33,811 nt of DNA from Candidatus Hadarchaeota archaeon (GTDB taxonomy: Archaea; CAYQAE01; CAYVLA01), in contig CAYVLA010000027.1 in the NCBI GenBank assembly GCA_964452145.1, positions 1-33,811 of the forward strand, written 5' to 3'. The notes under the pieces were generated by a model that worked only from the letters and a program-made list of their open reading frames with translations, searched no databases and was not told the origin of the DNA. Positions 17,896-25,406 of this stretch are shown here, piece by piece. The position numbers were made by a program, and so were the translations under genes. Position 1 is the stretch's first letter. Each line of letters begins with the position of its first letter.

Positions 17896-18079
17896 AGGGC
17901 CGGCAACCCGCCCGATGCGTGCATGTGGGGGAAAGGCCACCAGCCCGATCGTGGTGAGGTTGCCGTCGAAAGACAGAATGGCAGCGACCGATGAGAGGCT
18001 TTGGATGTGTCGAAAACCGGGGCAGCCTTGCCCCAGAAGGCTCGCTGGACCTGGAGGCGAGCGTTCCGGGAACGGATGG

Positions 18080-18466
18080 CTATCTGCCGGACATCGGCGC
18101 TCTCTCGTCGGTGAGACAGAGAAGGTATGACTGCATTCTGGTCGTGTATCTCTGGAAGCCGAGAAGGAATTCCCAGAGGCCTTTGTGCTTACGGCCCAAG
18201 ACCAGGATGTGAAGCCACAGCAGCACGAAGGCAAAGCCAGCAACGAACGACCAGAAGAAGTGGACGATGTACAGCACGATTCCGTAGAAGATCCTCACGA
18301 CGAGTTCGGTTCTCTTCGATTCCAAGAGGAAGTCTGCATCCAGCCTGATCGGATACAGCAGGTACTGTTTGCCTTCGGCAGCAGCAACCGGCCTTCCACA
18401 GTGACTGCAGAACGAGAAGTCGTCCGGAATGTCCTTTCCGCAGAACCGACAGTACGTCGGGCTCAC
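18080..18466 (-). CDS. Zinc-ribbon + DUF4389 membrane protein
   Basis: CRFCG..FCSHCG ribbon, then R....R.F, W..IL.LGR, L..F.....RY..R...Y...LTDE..P pattern. Confidence 0.8.
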   Translation of the reverse strand: MSPTYCRFCGKDIPDDFSFCSHCGRPVAAAEGKQYLLYPIRLDADFLLESKRTELVVRIFYGIVLYIVHFFWSFVAGFAFVLLWLHILVLGRKHKGLWEFLLGFQRYTTRMQSYLLCLTDERAPMSGR

Positions 18467-18585
18467 CCGCTACCGACCCGGTTAGGAGTTGATAAAAATA
18501 TATCGTGGAAACCGGTTGTGATGATGCGAAAAGACTCGACCACAGTGAGCATTCTTCGACAAACTCGAAGACAGTCCCACCAACC

Positions 18586-18593
18586 TTTAAATA
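18586..18593 (+). promoter_or_regulatory. Putative TATA box
   Basis: TTTAAATA ~32 nt upstream of TTG 18625; a GGAG SD-like sequence lies between. Confidence 0.6.
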
Positions 18594-18624
18594 ATCCAAG
18601 ACATCCCCATAGACGGGTAGGAGA

Positions 18625-19254
18625 TTGAGGGAAGATAGCATCGCTGCGGCAGTAGTCGTGACCATCATCTCGTCGCTTGCCCTTGGATGCCTGAAGATGG
18701 AGAGTGACATGACGGTCCATCCCGATGGCTCCGCCACGGGTTTCGCCATCATCGGCGTCCAGGAGGCCTACTTCAACATGAGCGATTGGGCTAACTTCAC
18801 CACTTTCGACTATCAAAATGCAACCATATGGACGGAGGAGGGCTGGGTCTACATCAAGACCAATGAAACCAGGGTAGGCTCTGAGGATCTTTCGATCGAT
18901 GTGACCAGGTACCCGGAGTACACAGAGTATACGCTTCAGGCTAACCTCTCAGGACTTGATCAGGCACTCGGCGAAGAGGATTACCTCAACCTTTCAGACC
19001 CCTTCACCCAGCTACTGTTGCAGACGATGACCTTCAAGTTCCGGGTCACGATGCCGGGCAGTATAGTGGAGTCGAACGCCGGTGCATGGAGTGGATCCGA
19101 CGCAACATGGTCCTACAACGGAGTCACCATCCAGAGCGCCGAAGGGCTGTATGTCAGGTCAAGGCTCTCCGTGGACGAGGGCCCATTGCCATTGATCGGA
19201 ATCCCGCTCGTGGTGCTCGCGGGGCTTCTGGGCCGCCAGATCAGAGCAGACTGA
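18625..19254 (+). CDS. LppM/DUF3153-like surface lipoprotein with a C-terminal membrane anchor
   Basis: Signal peptide with LALGC lipobox, V.PDGS, F.VTMPGSIVESNA..W, terminal TM helix and basic tail. Confidence 0.7.
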   Translation: MREDSIAAAVVVTIISSLALGCLKMESDMTVHPDGSATGFAIIGVQEAYFNMSDWANFTTFDYQNATIWTEEGWVYIKTNETRVGSEDLSIDVTRYPEYTEYTLQANLSGLDQALGEEDYLNLSDPFTQLLLQTMTFKFRVTMPGSIVESNAGAWSGSDATWSYNGVTIQSAEGLYVRSRLSVDEGPLPLIGIPLVVLAGLLGRQIRAD

Positions 19255-20116
19255 GCAGAAGCGCCTTGGTCGTATGGAGTCGGTTCTCGGCCTCTTCAAA
19301 TGCGAGGCACTGGGCGGAATCCATGACCTCGGACGCTATCTCATAGCCTCTCTGCGCCGGCATACAGTGAAGCACGATGGCATCGGGCCTGGCCAGTGAC
19401 AGAATTCGGGTATCTATGGTGTATCCCTTGAAATCCTTCATCCGCTTCGCCTTATCGGCCTCCTGGCCCAGGGAGACCCATGTGTCCGTGACCAACACAT
19501 CGGCTTCCTCCGCCGCCTTCCTGGGATCACGTACGACCTGTGCCCCGGTTTCCTGTTTCGGGTCGTAGCCGACCGGCGCCGCCAAGACCATGTCCATCCC
19601 AAGCAGGTCGGCGGCTTGAGCAAGGGATAGAAACACGTTGGTGGGGTCTCCTATCCACCCGATCCGGACGCCATCCAGGTGGCCCTTTGCCTCCATGATC
19701 GTCATCACGTCTGCCAAGGCCTGGCAGGGGTGGTGATCGTCGTCCATGCCGTTTATGACCGGCTTGTCGGAGGCATTGGCTATCCTCCTCATATCATCGT
19801 GCCGAAACAGCCGCGCCATTATCCCGTCACAATACCTGCTCATCACCCTGGATTCATCCTCGATGTCGCCCTTGACGAAGTTGGTCTCGTCCCACCTCAG
19901 ACTGATGGCGTGTCCCCCGAGCTGGGTCATGCCCACTTCAAAGGAGATCCGCGTCCTCGTGGAGGTCTTGGCAAAGAGCATGCCGAGGCTCTTACCTGCC
20001 AGGTCGCTCCGAAGACGCTTCTCCTTCTTCAGCCTCGTGGCGAGATCGATCAGGCCGGATAGCTCCTTGCTGGTGAAATCAGTGACTTCCAGGAAATCCC
20101 TTCCCCTGAGGTCCAT
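19241..20116 (-). CDS. argF: Ornithine carbamoyltransferase
   Basis: STRTR.SFE, HPCQALAD, GD..NV, DTWVSLG (SMG variant), HCMPA.RG.E, AENRLH; ATG 20116. Confidence 0.9.
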   Translation of the reverse strand: MDLRGRDFLEVTDFTSKELSGLIDLATRLKKEKRLRSDLAGKSLGMLFAKTSTRTRISFEVGMTQLGGHAISLRWDETNFVKGDIEDESRVMSRYCDGIMARLFRHDDMRRIANASDKPVINGMDDDHHPCQALADVMTIMEAKGHLDGVRIGWIGDPTNVFLSLAQAADLLGMDMVLAAPVGYDPKQETGAQVVRDPRKAAEEADVLVTDTWVSLGQEADKAKRMKDFKGYTIDTRILSLARPDAIVLHCMPAQRGYEIASEVMDSAQCLAFEEAENRLHTTKALLLSLL

Positions 20117-20277
20117 GGATGGCGGGACGAATCGGTGAAGAAAAGTGCTTCTGATGCCAGTAGCAGGACCGCTCATGAAGGCCTTGGTTGGTCCGGAGGC
20201 ACCTCGCATCAGGTCGGTAGGCTTCTCCAAGGAAGTGGGCCAGCCCCAGGCCGAAGGCGAAGGTCCCGGGCCAATTT

Positions 20278-20733
20278 TTATAAGGATGTGAGACATCTAA
20301 TGATCTGCATTCCTCGGAATGCGGAGCAGACAGATGGCAGGCACTCCGACACCCGCTCCCCAGCCGACACCGGGACCAGGCCCGATTCCGCCAGCACAAG
20401 AGGGGTCGCAGCCAGCAACAGAAATCTCGCTCGCGGGGCCGACCTTCGCCCCGTGAAGGGATAGATGATCGAGGTCGCCAAGACACCTAGGTAAAGCGAT
20501 GCACATCTGGAGCAGACTGCCATGGGCTCGCCTCCGATGGCAAGGCATCTTGCGGGTATCTGATGGCAGACAGCCGAGAAGACGGAGTAGACGAGCACCG
20601 ACAGCGGCTTAGTGCAGGGCCTGGAAGCCATCATGGGGGCCAGGAATGCAAGGGATATCCAAAGAGACAGAGCACCCAGGTACAGAGCGTAGCACCGTCC
20701 ATCAAGAGGGCCGGGCTGAATCCCTCTACCCAT
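20278..20733 (-). CDS. DUF2085-like membrane protein (3' end possibly damaged)
   Basis: LAFLAP, YSVFSAVCHQIPAR, MAVCSRC..LYLG. Confidence 0.78.
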   Translation of the reverse strand: MGRGIQPGPLDGRCYALYLGALSLWISLAFLAPMMASRPCTKPLSVLVYSVFSAVCHQIPARCLAIGGEPMAVCSRCASLYLGVLATSIIYPFTGRRSAPRARFLLLAATPLVLAESGLVPVSAGERVSECLPSVCSAFRGMQIIRCLTSL

Positions 20734-20758
20734 CAGGAAGTCGGCACGCGCGGTCCCA

Positions 20759-20768
20759 TTTATATTAT
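20759..20768. promoter_or_regulatory. Putative shared TATA element between divergent genes
   Basis: TTTATATTAT ~25 nt from both ATG 20733 (-) and ATG 20793 (+). Confidence 0.6.
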
Positions 20769-20792
20769 CTGGTTCCCCAACGGGCTGGGCAG

Positions 20793-21629
20793 ATGACCGC
20801 CGTTGACATGAGGTTTCTTGCCCCGACCATATCCGAGGTATTCGGCCTCAGACAACCGGATTCGTGCGAAAGCCCGCCTCTGCGGGAACTGCCTGAGACC
20901 ATGGACCGTCCGAGGTCGGTTGTGGCGGTGGTCTTCGACGGGTTCGGGTCGGCGGCGTTGAGGATCCACGGCACTAGGTGCCCGACTTTGCAGTCGATGC
21001 TCGCCCACCACGCCACGCAGATCAGAGCGGTAGCACCGCCGAAGACGCCGGTCAACTTCGCAACCATGGCGACCGGTGCTTCCCAGGTCGTCCATGGCGT
21101 CTCGGAGAAAACCGACCCTCTTCGCGCTGAGACCATCTTCCAGGTGTTTGCGGAATCAGGGCTAGCCACCGGCGTGGCAGGAAGGATGAGCGGAAGCCCC
21201 GCCCACCTGTTCTCGGACCAGGCCAGATACGCGGCCATAGCGAGATCCAACAAGGACTCCGAGGTCCTCGAGCTGGCCTTGGAGCTTGTCCGGGGACGTC
21301 GACCGGCCTTTGCCTTGATACAGTTTCTGGACATCGACGAGGCCGGGCACGCCGCCGGGCCATACGGTGGGAGGGCCGGCAATGCCGTGCAGGACACGGA
21401 TCGCAGACTCGCGAGCCTCGCCCGAGCAGTTGCCCTGACAGAGGGGGCGCTGGTTGTTCTCGCCGACCACGGCCAGCACGAGGCATGGAGCGAGGAAGAA
21501 TCCGTCAGATCCGTGAGGGGCAGACATGACGGGCTCTCCGAGGAGGATTTCCTCGTCCCCGTGGCCTGGTGTTCCAGCGTTGAGCTGGCCGGCCTCAGCG
21601 ATCCGGCAAGGTCCGCACGATCTGCATGA
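20793..21629 (+). CDS. Alkaline phosphatase superfamily (nucleotide pyrophosphatase/phosphodiesterase-like) protein
   Basis: VFDGFG, PPKTPVN..TG (Thr nucleophile), DIDEAGH..G, LADHG, GRH. Confidence 0.85.
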   Translation: MTAVDMRFLAPTISEVFGLRQPDSCESPPLRELPETMDRPRSVVAVVFDGFGSAALRIHGTRCPTLQSMLAHHATQIRAVAPPKTPVNFATMATGASQVVHGVSEKTDPLRAETIFQVFAESGLATGVAGRMSGSPAHLFSDQARYAAIARSNKDSEVLELALELVRGRRPAFALIQFLDIDEAGHAAGPYGGRAGNAVQDTDRRLASLARAVALTEGALVVLADHGQHEAWSEEESVRSVRGRHDGLSEEDFLVPVAWCSSVELAGLSDPARSARSA

Positions 21630-21689
21630 CAATACATATTTCCCCGCGGAGTCCTTGGTTACGACCCCCGAGACTCGGCAGGCTATGCG

Positions 21690-22847
21690 ATGATCGAAGC
21701 CAAGAGAGTTGATCAAGCCTCCAAGATGGCGGCCAGGTGGCTGGTCAAATCCTGCCAGATCACCGATTCCGGTGACCCGAACCTAGGAGCTTTCAGGACC
21801 CGATATGATGCGAAGGCCAGGAAGCTCACCCTGGATCCTCAGGCATGGCAGACATCGGAGGCGATAAGAGCTCTATTGAAGCTGTACGGCAGAACCGGGA
21901 ACCAGACGTGGAAAGATTCCGCAGTATTGGGAGGCAGGTATCTCAGGTGGATTCAGTGCACGGAGGAGGACGGGGAGGAGGCAGGATCCCTCTGGAGACC
22001 GTGGCTTGGAGGGGACCAGCCGCTCTCGGTGGCCGCGAACTACCAGAGCGTTGTCGGTCTTCTGGATCTCTATGCGGCGACCGGGGCCCCATGCTATCTG
22101 GATGCCGCCAAGAAGGCGGGTGACTGGTTCCTCAGAAGGGCCTACAGGGGCGGGGGCACTCACCTCAATCTGTATCTCGCTGACAAGGGAGTATTCGGAT
22201 GGCCGCGGAGCCATATCGTGGATGAGGGATCCTTCCTTAGGCTACATGACCTGACCAGGGAGGAGGCCCACGCCTCGGTGCTGCAGGATCAGATTCAGGG
22301 GCTGCTGTCCTCATTCGAGCCTTCCGGGTGGTTCTCGTGCATGCTGGCCCCGCGGATGGAGAGGGATGAAGGGGTTCCTGAGGGATGCATCTCCCTGCGC
22401 AGCGTGTACTGGCATCTCGCCCCCCTTCTCATGGCATATGGCAAGCGGGGAACCCAGTCCGAGATCTTGAATGCGCTGCAGAGATCCGCCCTTCTGGCGG
22501 GCGAGCTGCAGGATGGGGAGGGATTCCTCTGTAGGAGTTTCCTTCCAGAGGGCCCGAGGATGTGCAATGCAGAGCCGGATGGAGTTGCAACTGCCATGTT
22601 CGTGTTGATCTGGCTCAGGTTGTGCGAAGCCACTAAGGAGTCCGCCTATCTGGACATGGCCGAACGAGGCCTTTCATGGATTCTCGATTCCCAGTTCGTA
22701 GTTCGCAGGGAGATGGATGCTTTCGGTGCCTTCTTCCAGGAACGGGTCGAATTGGATGGGGAGCTTCGTCCATATTTGGGAGGGTTGGCCTCCAGCTACG
22801 GCATCCTCGCCTGCGAGGAGTATCTCAGACTCCATGGTCGAAGATGA
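21690..22847 (+). CDS. Alpha/alpha-toroid (six-hairpin glycosidase / prenyltransferase-repeat-like) protein
   Basis: Repeated LL.LY..TG...YL..A...G.WL helical hairpin units; function unknown. Confidence 0.65.
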   Translation: MIEAKRVDQASKMAARWLVKSCQITDSGDPNLGAFRTRYDAKARKLTLDPQAWQTSEAIRALLKLYGRTGNQTWKDSAVLGGRYLRWIQCTEEDGEEAGSLWRPWLGGDQPLSVAANYQSVVGLLDLYAATGAPCYLDAAKKAGDWFLRRAYRGGGTHLNLYLADKGVFGWPRSHIVDEGSFLRLHDLTREEAHASVLQDQIQGLLSSFEPSGWFSCMLAPRMERDEGVPEGCISLRSVYWHLAPLLMAYGKRGTQSEILNALQRSALLAGELQDGEGFLCRSFLPEGPRMCNAEPDGVATAMFVLIWLRLCEATKESAYLDMAERGLSWILDSQFVVRREMDAFGAFFQERVELDGELRPYLGGLASSYGILACEEYLRLHGRR

Positions 22848-23568
22848 AGCTTGGCAGGTGGCCTCGGCATTGGGCAAAGAGTTGGCAGTTAGGCTGGTGG
22901 ACGTCCGGAAGACCTACGATATGGGTGGCATCGAGGTCTCCGCTCTGGGTCCCATCCGCCTCAACATCGCGGCCGGCGAGTTCGTGTCCTTCCTGGGCCC
23001 GACAGGATCGGGTTGGACGACTCTGCTTTCAATCCTGGGGTGCTTTTCACGACCCACATCGGGGAGGGTGTACCTGGGCAGCAAGGATATCACGGATGTC
23101 CCTGAGGATGCTCTTGCCCAGCTCCGGCTGCGCCACATCGGCTTCCTGTCCCAAGGGCTCAGCCTCATACCCAACCTTACTGCATACGAGAACATAGCCC
23201 TTTCCCTGACCTTGGCCGGGGTGGGTGCCGATGCGGCGGACAGCAAGGCCAACCGCATACTGAGCGAGGTGGGACTGGAGGGAAAGGACACGGCCCTCCC
23301 AAGGCGGTTGTCCACCCTGGAGGCGAGGCTCCTCACGCTTGCCAAGAGCATCGCGAACGGCCCCGGGCTGCTGGTTTGCGACGAACCGACATCCGGTCTC
23401 GGAGAGAGCGAGGCCCTTCGCGTCATCGGTGTTCTCAAGAGGTTCAACGCCGAGAAGGGGATTACCGTGGTCATGGGGACCAACAAGCAGGCGATCGCAG
23501 GGAGGGCCGAGAGGATTGTCAGGATGGCCAACGGTAGGCCGGTTGGGTTCGAGAAGATGTCCGGGTGA
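22834..23568 (+). CDS. LolD/MacB-type ABC ATP-binding protein with degenerate catalytic motifs
   Basis: V.KTY.MG, GEFV, GPTGSGWTT, PTSG.V, IGF..Q...LIP.LTAYEN, CDEPT; ATG 22834 overlaps the upstream stop. Confidence 0.85.
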   Translation: MVEDEAWQVASALGKELAVRLVDVRKTYDMGGIEVSALGPIRLNIAAGEFVSFLGPTGSGWTTLLSILGCFSRPTSGRVYLGSKDITDVPEDALAQLRLRHIGFLSQGLSLIPNLTAYENIALSLTLAGVGADAADSKANRILSEVGLEGKDTALPRRLSTLEARLLTLAKSIANGPGLLVCDEPTSGLGESEALRVIGVLKRFNAEKGITVVMGTNKQAIAGRAERIVRMANGRPVGFEKMSG

Positions 23569-23587
23569 CGGTACGTACGGGGAGGCA

Positions 23588-24793
23588 ATGCTCTGTGCCA
23601 TCCTCGCCACCCTAGTCCTACTGACACCTACGATTCAGGCAATGGAGCCCAGAAAAGGGGCGAATGGAAAGGTCCGGGTTCTGTACACGGGAGACGCCAT
23701 ATCTGTCAACTACCTGACTCCCTACATGTTCATGCGCATCGAGCCTTTGGTCGATGCGACCCCCGTGATAGCGTCTCAGGTTGTGGCGAGCGACAGCTTC
23801 GGCTATCAGGGACCCGAGATGATCAAGCGGGCCATAAGGCTGTACATGCCGAGGACTTTCAGACAGCTGGTCGACGGGACGGATGTCGTGATCCTCAGCG
23901 ATTCCACCTTGTTTGTGTTCGCCGCAAGCCATATCGACTGGTTCGCCCGTTCGGTCAGGGACGAGGGCCTGGCCCTGATGATGGCCGGGGGCCATGAGAG
24001 CTACCATATGGGTGGCTGGCAGGCCACCGTCGTGGCCGACGTCCTCCCCGTTGACTGTCTGCCCTACACGACGGGCTCCGGCTTTGCACACATCCTCCAG
24101 CTTGACAACGAATTCCTCTCGAGCATTCCGTGGAAAGGCATCGGGACGATCGGCTTTGGTGGCTCGAACGGAGTCGCGGTTCGTCCTTGGGCAACCGAGC
24201 TTGCCGTGTTCAGAATTGCCTCGGGCGGCGAGAACCCGATGATGGTTGTCGGGGATGTGGGGAAGGGGCGGTCCTTCGCTTTTACGCCTGACTGGACCTT
24301 TGGCTGGGGGGAGGCCTTCAGCCGCTGGGAGTACTACGGCGATTTCTGCAACAACCTCATGCTCTACCTGGCCGGGCAGAGGGTACCTCAGGAGATGGAG
24401 ATTCTCCACGCAGCGAGGAAGGGGCTGCTCAACCTTGACATAGCGAGAGGGCTTCTGATTTCGATGTTCGAGTTCGTGGAGAGGTTCGGGGCGAACCCGG
24501 CCTCGATAGGGGAGATGCTCGATGAGGTAGACTCCCTTCGCAGGGAGGCCGAGGTCCTCTACATCGATCAGCAGTTCGCGGAATCCCTGGAGAAGACCCT
24601 GGAGGCGATCGCGGCTGCTGGGAGGGCCGAGGAGGAGGCGGTTCGACTGAAGAACTCCGCCCTTTTCTGGGTCTACTTGGTGGAGTGGCTTGTCGTGACG
24701 GCGACCCTGCTGATCTCGGGCATGGCTGCCTGGAGCCTGATGGTGAGAAGAAGATACTTCAGGGAGGTTAGATCCACCAGATTCGCGGGATAG
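23588..24793 (+). CDS. Membrane-anchored class I glutamine amidotransferase-like (DUF1355-type) domain protein
   Basis: Signal peptide, DVVILSD, LMMAGG.ES, W..T.VADVLPV, GKGRSFAF..D..W, helical stalk and C-terminal TM; GGAGG SD. Confidence 0.75.
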   Translation: MLCAILATLVLLTPTIQAMEPRKGANGKVRVLYTGDAISVNYLTPYMFMRIEPLVDATPVIASQVVASDSFGYQGPEMIKRAIRLYMPRTFRQLVDGTDVVILSDSTLFVFAASHIDWFARSVRDEGLALMMAGGHESYHMGGWQATVVADVLPVDCLPYTTGSGFAHILQLDNEFLSSIPWKGIGTIGFGGSNGVAVRPWATELAVFRIASGGENPMMVVGDVGKGRSFAFTPDWTFGWGEAFSRWEYYGDFCNNLMLYLAGQRVPQEMEILHAARKGLLNLDIARGLLISMFEFVERFGANPASIGEMLDEVDSLRREAEVLYIDQQFAESLEKTLEAIAAAGRAEEEAVRLKNSALFWVYLVEWLVVTATLLISGMAAWSLMVRRRYFREVRSTRFAG

Positions 24794-24795
24794 GC

Positions 24796-25398
24796 TTGCG
24801 GCCTCGAGTTGTGATCCTTGCCCTTGCAGTCGCGATGGCGATGGCCGCTTCATGCGACGCACTGGAGCTGAGGCTGAGTCGGGATGCCGGAACGAGCATC
24901 AGCGGTCGAATAAAGGGACGGTTCTCGGCAAGCGTGAGGGACGCAGATGATGTCGACCGAGTCGAATTCTACCTGAATGGCGAGCTCGTCTACACAGATA
25001 GTGAGGCTCCCTTTGCATGGTCATTCAGAACGACTGACTATCCGCCGGGCAACCACACGATCCGGGCGGTTGGATACCTGGTAACGGGGGGAGTGGATGA
25101 GGATTCGGTGAGCACCGAGTTCGTCGAGACCTTCGGGCAGTTATGGACCCTCTACCTGTGGGGGACCATGCTCTTCGTTGCCGGCATGGTGATCTTCTCA
25201 CTTTGGGCCGTCCAGAGGGAGCGGAAGCGGCCGCAGGGCAAGACAAGGTGCCCCCAGTGCGGGGCGGTCTTCGACCGGAGGTGGAGCCCCATGCACAGGG
25301 GACCCGCCTACAGGAACACCTGCCCCATGTGCGCGAAGTCCTTCTGGGCGGAGGCGATAGCCGAGGATCAGCTGGGCGGTGGAACCAGGCTGTTCTAG
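24796..25398 (+). CDS. Signal peptide + Ig-like domain + TM + cytoplasmic Zn-ribbon protein
   Basis: VDRVEFYLNG....D..APFAWSF.T..YPPG.HTIRAVGY (bacterial Ig-like), TM helix, CPQC..CPMC. Confidence 0.75.
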   Translation: MRPRVVILALAVAMAMAASCDALELRLSRDAGTSISGRIKGRFSASVRDADDVDRVEFYLNGELVYTDSEAPFAWSFRTTDYPPGNHTIRAVGYLVTGGVDEDSVSTEFVETFGQLWTLYLWGTMLFVAGMVIFSLWAVQRERKRPQGKTRCPQCGAVFDRRWSPMHRGPAYRNTCPMCAKSFWAEAIAEDQLGGGTRLF

Positions 25399-25406
25399 GG
25401 CTGATC

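Noticed and set aside
17988..18016. Hammerhead ribozyme-like CCGATGAG...CGAAA
   Set aside because: The core is CCGAUGA rather than CUGAUGA, and stem II does not pair
18518..18580. C/D box sRNA starting at GTGATGA
   Set aside because: No CTGA D or D' box at a suitable distance
20151..20212. Possible structured leader upstream of argF (CTGATGC/GCATCAG, GGACC/GGTCC)
   Set aside because: Stems are short, strand is ambiguous, and such pairing is expected by chance in GC-rich DNA
20117..20296. N-terminal extensions in the ORF track (argF; likewise queC, queE, UroD-like, ABC, GATase-like and FAD genes)
   Set aside because: Family similarity, SD or TATA positions and gene overlaps point to downstream starts
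23618..24862. Long antisense or alternate-frame ORFs (e.g. 414 aa here; also 12169-13041, 20765-21637, 32700-33644)
   Set aside because: They shadow well-supported genes on the other strand or frame and have no motifs; typical of high-GC coding DNA
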